Shown here one piece after another: positions 48,550-61,699 of a stretch of DNA of 64,000 nt. How positions within the stretch are numbered: the first letter of the stretch is position 1; the number at the start of each line of letters is the position of its first letter. Position numbers and translations under genes: made by a program. Source of the DNA: Pelomyxa schiedti (taxonomy: Eukaryota > Protista > Evosea); the NCBI GenBank assembly GCA_020536535.1, contig JAHLWZ010000812.1:1-64000 (forward strand). Reading direction: 5' to 3'. The notes beneath the pieces were generated by a model. That model made no database searches. It was not told the origin of the DNA and saw nothing but the letters and a program-made list of their open reading frames with translations.

Positions 48550-50110
48550 TCCTACTCTCTCTAGTTGAGGTTGGTGTTGAATATTGTGCGGATCTCAGCG
48601 AAGGTTCGAGAGGATGCATGGGAGCTGATGCTAAAACAAGGTGAAGTTCCACCAGGAATACAAAGGGGCAGTGTGCTTCTTTCTTGGAGCCGCACACACG
48701 AGCTCCAGCGCAAGTATTCCATTCACGCAATTCTTAAGAGATTCGAGAAGTAGAGAGAGCCAGAGGTTTGTATTACTTATTCCCAGCACTCTCTAACTCT
48801 CCACACAGAACACTGCAATTGAAGATTACGTGGATTACTACCCCAAAGTGGAGGAGTGTTATGATGAAACTCCAAGTGATGACAACTCAGATTATTGTTT
48901 GGAGACGGACTTTGTGCCTGATGAAGAGGCCATACTGGCCAAATCGGCTGATAAACCTCTGGTATTCGAAGGTGATTGGTCCCCTGAACCCAAGGTATCC
49001 AATGGTTACATTAGATTAAACCTAATATGTTTTATGTTTTCTTCCATTAGCCTGCACCACTTCCCACTCTGGAGGTACCAAAGGCTGGTGAGTTCGAGAT
49101 ACCGGCCGATTTAGCCGATTACGATGACGGTGAAAAGCTTCTGTTTAGTCCCTCTCCGCCACAGGAGTATTCATCCATTAGCACCAGCGAGGCAACAGAG
49201 GCCACTAAGAGCACAGAAGGCAGCAAGGATGCAAATCAACACCTACCATCTGACCTTGTGCACTTCAGAACAGCATGGCAACTTGTATGTTTGCACTGCA
49301 TTCCCTTGTGGTTTGGGATGGAGTGAGCTTTTTCTGACAAAGTCCAAGGTGCTTTTGTGCCTGAAGTCTAAGAAGGATTTTGAAGGGGCTCGGGCAGTAT
49401 CCAGAGAGATGAAAGCAATTGTTGAATCGGTGGAGCGTGTCTTCTGGCGCGAACACAGGTTGGACCTGTGTTCCCCCCGAATGCGTGACTTCTTTTCCTG
49501 GATGATCAATGCTAAGATGAAGATTCCTCTGTATGCTATGAGAGTGTCTGACTTGTCTATCAACCTGGCCCCCAACTGTAATCGAATCATGGAGAAGATA
49601 TCTACAGTAGGCGGTTGCCACGCCGAGACAATAAATATCCACTGCAAAACTGGACAGCCTACCAGGATAGACACCCTGCTGAAGGCCATCAGCGTCACCC
49701 TTACACTGGTACTCAAGTCAAACACCATTACTGGAACCCACTTGACGATGTTCCATTGCCCCCAGGAAGCCGTTGCCACCGTCATCGAGATGGTCTCCCA
49801 CCAGAATCCCCACAACATTCACGTGCTCACACTTCGTGGTCCGAACCTCACTGGGCCAGCTTCTACCCCTCTCATTGTCGCTACAACTGCTTCTCCAGTT
49901 ACCCCATCCATGGCTTCCACTTCCTCATATAACCACTGATGAGACTCTGCCCTTTGATGTGCACATTGTGGTGGTTGACGACCAGTGTTGCCGGAAGGTT
50001 GAGAACACCACAGCCGTTGCCTACGCCAAAAGCACCGTAAAGAGGAGCATCGCCTCGGCTCCTGTACATACACATAAACATAAACGACTCTACATGTGTC
50101 TGCGGTCATA
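48550..50110 (+). CDS. Repeated-module protein, copy B (unknown N-domain, acidic linker, F-box-like motif, unknown C-domain); start and frame integrity uncertain
   Basis: Colinear with copy C: GEVPPGIQR..SWSRTHELQRKYS; PLVFEGDWSPEPK|; LPSDLVHFRTAWQL|VLLCLKSKKDFEGARAVSRE; HCKTGQ; HCPQE. Confidence 0.6.
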
Positions 50111-50714
50111 ACAGGCCACGTCAGGTTGCGCAGTTCGGTGCTCAGCCCACTCCTCAAAGAGGAAAAAAAATACCCGTGGTTCAGCTAACAGATCAGGCTC
50201 CCAACCAAGGTGAACGTTCCCGACCTACCGCCCAGAACCATAGAGGTGAGGACAACACTGCCGGTTGTTTCGGCAAGAACAAGGCGAGTCTGGGGGGTGG
50301 GCATTGATTAGAAATCATCAGAGACAATTAGAAACCGATTAGAACGTCCATTTTGGACGCTTTTTACGGTAAACTCACTAATACCTCCCTCCGCCTAAAA
50401 GGATATGCACCTAGCTTGCCCTACATACAATCCGGCATCCTTTTCACCGGGCACAAAAAACCCACAGTACCTTGAAAAAGCAAGTTCTACGATGAATGGC
50501 AAAGATTTTTGTTTTCAAACAGAATGTGGGGTATCAAAGGCTGGGTTATTCTGTCTGTTCTCTACCAATTGCCGAATTTCGGAGCGTCTAGGTGTTGTAG
50601 AATGACAAGACCCTGCCTCACTGGGCTGCACAAAACAACATCAGTAAAAGAAGAAAAACTGAACAGACAAACCTTCACACAAGGAAAACTCTGTCGCACG
50701 TATCCAACTGAAAG

Positions 50715-51617
50715 TCCAGACAACTTGGAGATACACGGTTAGTTACGAAAGAGGAAACACGGAACTACCTTATGCTAGCCGGCTGAATGAAAAACAATGC
50801 AACCGAAAAAAACAGAGAAAAAAAAAAAAAGGTAAACGTGGGGCTTCCGGGGCCATTGGAGACAGCGGAAGTCAGTTACCAAGCCAAAGGGAGCCTAGTT
50901 CCCGTAGGTCTCCCTTGTGCGAGCTCGGTCCCAGCAGCCAGGCACATTGACCAATGGCCCTTTCCACCCCACACTGCCAAAAAAAAAAAAAACGATAAAT
51001 CCTCCAGCTGTCTACGTAACCTGCGGTTTTCGAAAGTAAAACATTGAAAGGACCCCAAAGACCACAAAGAAAAAAAAGAGAGAGAAAAACGCAGGGTGCT
51101 GCAACGAAGACGGCTTGTGTCGTCTGTGTTCCTCCAAACCCGCATCCTCCCCAGTGTCGCAGAACAATCCGCATTGTCGTCTTCGTTGTTTTATTATTTT
51201 TCTTTGTAAACAGGTTTCTCCTGCTTATAAGTTGAGGGATTGCAACTGATCTTGTCATTTTGAAGAATGTGGCACAAACACCGAAGCTTCGAAGGAGGAA
51301 AACTCATTTCGGCTTCGTATAAACTTCTTCTTCGCATAAAAAATGATCCATGTATCTTTGAAGGTGAACTGCGGTTCGCAAAAGGACAAGGAAATGGGTT
51401 CAAAGAATGGTATTATGTGTGGGGACAAAAAAGAAAACAAAAAACGATGTGATACACGGAGGAGGAGGAAGCTTCGACAACCGATGCGACCTCGTGGCAA
51501 TGCTTCCCAATCGATGGCGAGCCGTTCTTCTGCAGGGTGACCGGAACTGGATCCTGGAACAACCTTTTGCACAGCAACCACATGGCTACACTCATCATCA
51601 AAAAGAGGTGCCCAAAG
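50715..51617. repeat. Dispersed inverted repeat; partner at 122-1070
   Basis: Reverse-complement identity to the start of the window. Confidence 0.95.
50838..50972 (-). ncRNA. Predicted structured RNA element, copy C (single X/Y motif)
   Basis: Same fold as 783-916, with a U-A to G-C compensatory change in the GGCCAUUGG helix. X = AACUGACUUCCGC (50865-50877), Y at 50931-50943. Confidence 0.65.
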
Positions 51618-53420
51618 GAGGCAACAGATGCACAGGCTCGCTTTTGGCAACAGCAGAGCCTCAGCACGAATTATCGAAAGAGGCACAGGTACCACAAGGT
51701 GGGTGAGGACGTGTTTGCGGCCATGCAAAGGAACGGGGAGGTGCCTGAGGGCATCCCCCGTGACAGGGTGTGGGTGGCATGGTGCAGGTCGCATGAGCTG
51801 AACAAGAGGTATTCCTTCAAAGCCATTTGCAAACGACTCGGCCAGGACCCAGTCACAGGAAAAATGGCTGTGTGTAGAGTGGTGGAAGTGGGGTGTCGTG
51901 GTTTCCTCCTGATTGCAGAGCAGTCTTCTCTCATCTCATCTCCTCTCCTCTCTCACGTACTCCCCCTTGTCTGTTTGTAACTTCATTGACAGAAGAGAAA
52001 TGCCCAAGTACCAACAGAAGAAGAAGATGATGATGGTGAAGAGCAAGAATGTTACAGTAGTGACCAGGAGGAGGAGGACGATGATTACAACCTTGCGCCA
52101 GAGGAATATTCCTCCAGCCGTCCGCGCCAAGACCCGTCCTTGAAGTGGGAACTGAGCAGAATACCAGTCATTCTCGAGGGTGACCTCATTCCCCCGCCAA
52201 AGGTACTTCTTGCTTGTTGGCTGCGCGGCACTTTCTCATTCCACATCCATCCATCATCAGGCCCCAATCTTGTCTGATGCTGAGAACTGGGGATTGGCTC
52301 TCGATTTGTCACAGATCAAGGACACGGTTCGTTTCGTTCACACTCACACTTCAATTCCCTTTCCCTCTCTCCCTTCCCCCACTTCCACCACGCCCACAGG
52401 AGGATGATTCTGAGGAAGAAGGCACCACTTCCACAGAGGAGACGTTGGAACAAGAGCCTGATGCAAAACCACCCCATGACGTCGTCCGCTTTCGGTCAGC
52501 CTGGATAATGGTGTGTGCCCCATGTGTCTCTTTCTGGATATCTCATAATTTTCAACAGATTTTGATGCTGTTGTCTCCTGTTGCATTTGAGAGAATGAGG
52601 GGTGTGTGCAAGGGACTCCTGACACTTGTGAGGTCTCTTGAGAGAACTTTCTGGTGCGAGTTGCGATACAATTTCTGCAACCCCAGAGAACGCCAACACT
52701 ACATGAGAGAGAAAGCAAATGCACCTGCGGTGCGTGCTACAGAGATGGCAATCAACTGTTCCCCAATCTGCCTTCAGACAGTGCACGAACTCGAGGTATA
52801 TGGGGGCTTCATTGCCAAGCGATTTGATATACACTGTACCACTGGACAAAACGCCACGCCCAATACACTTTGGTCGGCCATCATCAGCACAGTGGAAGGG
52901 GTCATGAGAGCCAACACCCGCCCGGACACCCAGCTCATCGTCCACCACTGCCCCCAGGAAATGGTCGGCACCATCATCCACGCCGTGATGTCGATCCAGG
53001 AGCCCAGCAACATCAGCCTGCTCACCATCATCGGGGACAACCAAATCACATTCCCCCCTGGGTTCCGGCCTCTGCCGCCCGACTCGAAGAGGTGCCTGCC
53101 AAGAATAGAACTTGAAGTCGACCACGACAGATCATGCTGCACCATGACCGACTCCCACAGTCATCAACAACATACCACCCCGCGCCCAGCCCACTTCCAC
53201 CCGCGCCCTGGCCCCTGCCCCCACCATCAATAACAACAACAACAATAATAACGACAGGAGGGCCAGCAGCAGCCAAAACAACAACGGGGGGGCCAACGGC
53301 GGGACAGTCACGGGGAAGAGGTTGGCGCCGGGGACACCCCCTCGTGTGCTCCTGCCCCCACCAACCACATTCACAAATGGGGCCACTGGCGAAAACAATC
53401 GCCGCCGTAGACTGTCGTGA
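51447..53420 (+). pseudogene. Repeated-module protein, copy C (F-box-like), probably disabled
   Basis: Codon 2 is TGA (51450-52) where copy A has CGA. The natural-looking tail PTPTVINN...NNNNNNNDRR...RRRLS* is in a shifted frame after about 53145. F-box-like PPHDVVRFRSAWIM|ILMLLSPVAFERMRGVCKGL. Confidence 0.55.
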
Positions 53421-53836
53421 TGCTCCCGTGCACCGTGCACAACACGAAAAAACCAAGAGAATTTCTGTTGTTCTTCTTTGATTTCTTTGTTTCCTTCTGA
53501 GAACTGCATCGTACGTAGGGGTATTTCGGTTGCTGTTGGAGTGGCGAGACACATTTGCATTCTTCCCTCTTCTGCAATTCTCCTTACTAAACAAGATTCA
53601 ATGTGCAACTTGGACACTTCAGAGTCCTCTACCTCTGCACTTGTGAAAGAAGTTTTGATGGGATCAAAATTCTCGGACCAACACACACCTCACTTACCAT
53701 CTAAATGAACAACTTTGCCATGTTATACAGAATAGAAACATCAAGGCATTTCCATTCGAACACGGCAAAAAGAGATCTCCGCTCTTACGAAAAATAAAAA
53801 AAAAACCTTTTGAAAAGGAAGAACAGGTGCAGGGGA

Positions 53837-55983
<2,147 letters not shown>

Positions 55984-56056
55984 AACAAGAAACAAGTACC
56001 AATTCAATGTCCTTCCTCTATCTACAATTTTCTCTTTTTTTTTTCCTTTCAAAACA

Positions 56057-58557
56057 TTATCTTCTTTTCTGGTAGAATAGTAGCACGGGGTGCTCATAGT
56101 GACGTGAATTCACAAATTCGTCCCAGCTTGCAGCAACCTCATGGCACACAGAATCATCAAACTTCATCCAGTGTCTGCTTTTGTTCCTGCTTCTGCTCTC
56201 TGGGGAGAAGGAGAAAACGCTGTTGTAGTGCATCATCCAGAAACACAACATTCCTCTTAGATCGTATAGTGCCGATTTGCCTTGAAAAATGTCCCCCAGT
56301 TGTAGGGTTTCCCCAATGGTCTGATAGAACTTCGTAATAGCTGCAAAGGTACTGTTAGAACAATGAAAATAGTAAGGGAAAAAACAATAGGGTTCTGGGT
56401 GTGAAGTTGGCCACGTGAGTCCAACTGCAAGGACTTGAGGGTCCGCACTTTGATTCAAATACAAATGAGTGTCAACTTTCCCGCGACAATTTCCCTTTTC
56501 ACATGATAAGTTTAGATGGCTTAGCTCCCACTATCATACACAAGATGACAGCACTGTGTTGGTAGACTTAAGCATTGAGGCCATACCTTGGCCGTCATCA
56601 CTTTTTTTTGAAGGAACTGAGTTTGTGAAAGGAAATGTATCTCATACCTGACGGTCGCGTAGATAACCCAGGATTGATATTCGCGGAGTAAAGAACCGGC
56701 CCCTTCCGGACACTTAACTCCCGCTTTCGGGCATTCTCCCTGAGAGAGTGAGGAAATTCAACTACGGATCTTTGAGCTTGTACCTTTTGCGTTAAGCGGA
56801 GACCAAAGATTGCGTGTGGGAGGCACTTGGCATTCTGGCATGGACCTGATGGGTTTTGTACCACCATGCACCTGTGAAGGCAGTTTAAAATCGCTTCCTA
56901 ACAAAAATTAATATCCAGTGCAAGATCGGCAGGAGAATACAAATGCTTCTCTTGCATCCTCCTGAATTCAGTAAGATAACAATTACATGAACGCCCGCAC
57001 ACAGTTTCTCCAAGCTGAAATCGTGCCTGCTGGCTGAAATGTGTACTTAGTGCTATCCTCAACATAGAAGGAGAAACTGTTCTTGCTTGAGTTTCTTGAA
57101 ACGACAAGAAAATTTCCTAGGAATTTGTGAGTAAAAACAGTTGAAGAACAATTGAGGCTTGCTTTTAGAGCGACGAAGATACTGTCAGAATAATGCTCCT
57201 TGAGAGCCAAAAAGGGCTCCCTAAAGCGGGATAAATTCCACAGAGATTGCACAACAACATTCAAGAAACAGTTGTTTTCGCCATTGTTTATAAGGCCAAC
57301 ATGTCTGGGCTCCATTGTCTGTCCCATAACCTCATCTGGCAAAAATGATTTCGCGTAACCACCATTGCCTCCCGTAAAGAAGCAATTCGGTGCCTCTTGG
57401 TGAGTTGCTGGAGCTTCCTTAGGGGCACCAATCATGGAGAACTTGAGGTCATTATATCTATCAAATCCGCCTGGACAATTCTGAGCAGGGTTCGGTTTCA
57501 TGTAGGGTTGTGGGTCAGTATCCGCTATTGGAGAAATAACATCCCCCCCTTTCATGGTCATGGTCATGGTCATGGTCATTGCCGCTGCGGCCATGTGTTC
57601 GGTGGCCTGTGGTTGCTGCACAATTTTTATCTTTGGGCGCGGCTTCGAAGGCTCGAAGGCCGGGGGAGGTGGTGCCGGCGGAACACTAGCTTCAACTGAA
57701 GTGGTATCGCGCGAACCAGGCTGTGCTTGGTTAGGTAGCCGAGCCCCCATTTCCACATTAGTATTCGCGGCACCAGGAGCCTGAGCCTGAGCCTGGACTC
57801 GAACCTGGAGCGACTGCTGGTGCTGATTTTGATGCTGATTCTGCTGGACATTATTATCGTTTGGTGTGGCGACGGGCTGTTCCCATTGGGCGTTGTTCGC
57901 CACATCGGGGGGGATCTGGCACCGCGGGAGCTTCTGCCGAGTGAACTGCTCCTGGCCCGGCTGCGGGTTCGCATTCTGCCGCTCCTGCGGAATGTGAACC
58001 GCTGTCGGTGCGGGGGCTTGCCGCTGCTGCTGCTGCGGCGGCGGCGGCGGCTGTTGTTGGGGCCACACGGGGGTCTGGGCCGAGGGGGGCATGCGGCAAA
58101 CCAGCGGCTGGGGGAGAAAGACGCCCTGCGGGGGAGAGGGACGGGTGGGGGCAGGGCCCTCTACAGGGGCGCGCTGGGGCTGGGGCTGAGGTTGAGGTTG
58201 AGGCGGCAGGGCGAGAGAGGAAGGGGGAGGGGGCAGTAGAAGGAGGCCGGGGGGCGGGACGCGGGGCTGCGGGGTGGCCACGATCAAGGGGTGCTGCAGT
58301 GGCGGCTGGGCAATGGGCAATGGGGCCTTCTGCTGCTGTACCTGGGGCGGCGTCGGTGGCGGCCGCGACGGCGGGTGTTGCGAAACGTGCGGTTGTTGTT
58401 GCGGTGGATGTTGCTGGGGCTGTGGCTGCGGCTGGGACGGTGGTGGTGCATAGCACGACGGCGGTGGTGCGTTTTGGCTGGGGCGATAGTGGTACATGGG
58501 TGGTGGGAGTTGTTGCTGTTGCTGAGCTGGGGATCGCTGGTCTGGCGGTACGTACAT
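56057..58557 (-). CDS. Ubiquitin-specific protease (C19), USP53/54-like, with Pro/Gln-rich N-terminus
   Basis: GLINNGENNCFLNVVVQSLW, QDAREAF, LRGMLCFWMMHY, WMKFDDS, HPVLLFY. Confidence 0.88.
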
Positions 58558-58782
58558 GGTTATTGTACCAACAAACAACAACCCAAAATTACGAAAAGAC
58601 GGCTGGCACGACCGAGATTTTCAAGTTGGGTTTGGGGGTGTTACTGGATTGAGAACAGTTTTCCTCCGTTGGAGTGCTGTAATCTCCCGACGGAACTACC
58701 ACCTGCTCCCATGGCAAGCCGTCCACCAGAGAGTTCTCCCCAACTCATCTCTTACTGAGATCGCACCTCAGTAAACATCAAC

Positions 58783-59581
58783 ATGCAAAGCGATGTTGAG
58801 GGTCTTTGGCGAGTGCTGGACGAGATCGGCGCGGGGGCGTCCATGTTCCTGAACGGCGTGTACGTGTCTGTCATTCTTGGGGCGTATTGCTTCCCGACCG
58901 ACAATTTGTGAAGAAACTTTTCTCCCCCCCTTTGGCACTTGGTGACCCCAAAATTTGCAGGTCAGGGGTGCCCTTTAGTCAGTACACAGCAGAGCAAGCA
59001 GCAAGTACTTAATCCGTCGCCTCTTTCGTCTATTTCTATTCGCACAATTCTAACGTATCTTACTACTATCCTAAAACACAATACAAAACTCAATAGAGCT
59101 AACAAGCACAAATCTCCTTCAAACAAACAACACCCCTACATACATACAAACAAAACCACCACAACAACACAAAAAAGGTGACTTGGCGAGATTGCAGGTT
59201 CTTGCTACAGAATGTGAACGACTTGCTACCACGTCATCATTGGCACACCTCGAGATATGCCCGCAGTCAGGGGACGCCTCGTCGCTGGCGTCACCAACTG
59301 GCAACCTCTACACCGCATCGTACAGCACCGCCTCAGCAATCGACGTACTCACAGAGCAAAACATAGCCATGATGAAGGCCGACGTGGTCATGCGCGAAGG
59401 AATCAGGCGCGTGGCCACCGGTTCCTATGACAAGATTGACGCACTGCAGAAGCAGAAGAAATCGGGCCCGACATTCCCTCCCAAGAGCGGACCGGTTTCA
59501 TCAGCACCCTCCTCGTCAATGACTTCCACACAGCCTTCATCCTCACCCTTCGCTGCGCCTTCACAACAAAGGCGAATGTGA
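58783..59581 (+). CDS. Small hypothetical helical protein
   Basis: MQSDVEGLWRVLDEIG...; last exon SDLARLQVLATECERL...QQRRM*. Confidence 0.5.
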
Positions 59582-59760
59582 CACTTGGTATTTCGTGCTA
59601 CACTTCAGCTTTTGGACTATTCCATGACAATTGACGATACTATCAATCAATGACCACAATTGGCGAATGCCACACCTTGGCTGATGCATTTGTTTCCTTC
59701 AATACCACAACAAAAAAGTCAATTTTTTTTTTACGTACATTATTTTGTTCTTGCACACCT

Positions 59761-61143
59761 TTATGACAATGGGAGAGGAAATGTTGTTCTGCCCTGATTG
59801 ATATTGGATGAGCCCCAGTGTGGGTCGAGAGAGTGGGCAATAAACTGGCGCACAACCCAGTCTACTCCTTGTGATATCTCCACCAGCATGTCACCAACTG
59901 AGTAGCCCTGAACTCGCCACGCAGAGCATTTGAGTGAGTGAACATCCATCACAACCGCTATCTCTTGAGGAGACAGGCAGTCGGGAAGGTCTTGCTTGGC
60001 CGCTGGATGGAAGTGAGAGAATCAACATTGAAGGAAGGGTACTGGAACACACCAAATATCACAACTGGTATGAGAGGATATTTTGAATAATTGTTGTGCA
60101 AGCCCACAATGAGGTGAAGTGCCGCCTTCGCCTCTAATATTCTTTACAAAAAGTTAATGCACAGGATACCAAAACAATGCGGAACGAAACCGATCTACAT
60201 CCTGACTATCAACAAAGAAGAATAAAGCGTCGCAAGGGAAGTATTGTTGCCAAGTGGGGATTGTCTTATCACCTCCTCTGATATCTTAAGAGAAAGTACT
60301 GACACTAAACAAAAAGATTAACATCATACCTACTAGTTCGAGTGAACACTCGTATCCTAAATGTTTCCAAGGTATAGTTTCTACGTTGTATGACATGGTA
60401 GGTATAGTGGTAACGTACTCATGTGTCTTTGAAAGTGAGTTCGAGAACACTTCACTTCATATAACCTGAAGAAGATAAAGAGCAAATGTTTTTCCGGCGT
60501 TATCCAAGCCCAACATGAGAACCCTGACTCAACACTTAGAAGAAATACAGACGACTATAGATAATAGACCACAGTCTTAAATATCTAAAGGGGAGTGACT
60601 ACTTGGCTGAGAAAGGTTTTCTTTTCACTGAGGCTATCAATTTTGATATAAACCCTGGATTCTGCTTATCTTCCATCCTTTTCAGGGTTGATTTGCTCGC
60701 ATGTTGTACTCGGAAGTATTCTTTAGTGTAAGATTTTGTATCTGCACAACAACAGCAGACATGTCCTCTGCGCTGCTCAGCAGTGACGGGTGGAGTGGTC
60801 TTCCTATACCAGAAAAGTCTGTCCCTCATAGGCAAAGGAACAGAACCAGAGGGAGCGGAGCTTGCAGAACGAACAAGGGCAGAGAGTGAAGTGAGCCACA
60901 ACTGACTTGGTCTAAACAAACCAGGAATTACCGCTTCGTAGTAAAGCCCAACCATGGTCTTCGCGGTCTCATGCCACTGTATGTCAGATGAACAAATACA
61001 ACAGCACTGAAGAGCGACAGAAAAAGATGACGGTGCCGTATGTACGTTACCTTGGCACAAACACGCGACGCCTGAACAAGGTCCTTCTTCCCCAACCATA
61101 AAAACACCGCTCGTAAGACAAACACCTCACTCGTGAGATCCAT
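59761..61143 (-). CDS. F-box plus Arf-family GTPase fusion
   Basis: F-box MDLTSEVFVLRAVFLWLGKKDLVQASRVCAK.W; G1 LMLGLDNAGKT, G2 TIPTMSYNVE, G3 DIRGG, G4 AKQD. Confidence 0.85.
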
Positions 61144-61699
61144 CCGTAATTCCCAAGTGCTGTGGTCGCAACACAAACGACAAGCCCGGAGATCTCGCGT
61201 GTTGTTTCCAAATGGAGATCTCCAAGTCGCTTTTCAAACAGATTTGTTGGAACGAACGGAAGCAGGCGAATAGTGTGTCCCGTTACAGCTAGGTAAAAGC
61301 GAAAATTTAAAAAGGAGAAGATCTGACCAATCATTTCTGTTTATTTAAACAAAATAAATACGGTGGGTGGTATTGATTGATGTCGCAAGAAAGTATGTTC
61401 ACGCCATGTCCGCTACGAAACCCAACAAAAACAAGAGCATTTGATGGGCCTATCGAAGGCTCTTTATTGGTTTTTTGTTTTGAGAAGGAAAAAGAACAGC
61501 CCAAGAACCAAACCTAGCGGGTGGTTGGTTCTTTCGCTGCTTTTTTTGTTTGTAGCAGTAACAATTAGAGCACAAAAGGACAAATTTTTTAAAAAACAAA
61601 AGACGTGTTGCGTCGCTCACGGCGCTCATTAAATCGCATTTTTATTTTCTTTTTTACACAGCGTAAGTGCTTGTTGTTTCTAACATTTATAAAAAAAAA

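Noticed and set aside
122-51617. Inverted copies as terminal inverted repeats of a 50-kb transposon or Polinton
   Set aside because: The interval holds ordinary intron-rich housekeeping genes with no transposase, polymerase or capsid; the copies are diverged and a third copy lies in tandem.
57820-58758. Long + strand ORFs
   Set aside because: Antisense shadows of the GC-rich Pro/Gln-coding USP exon.
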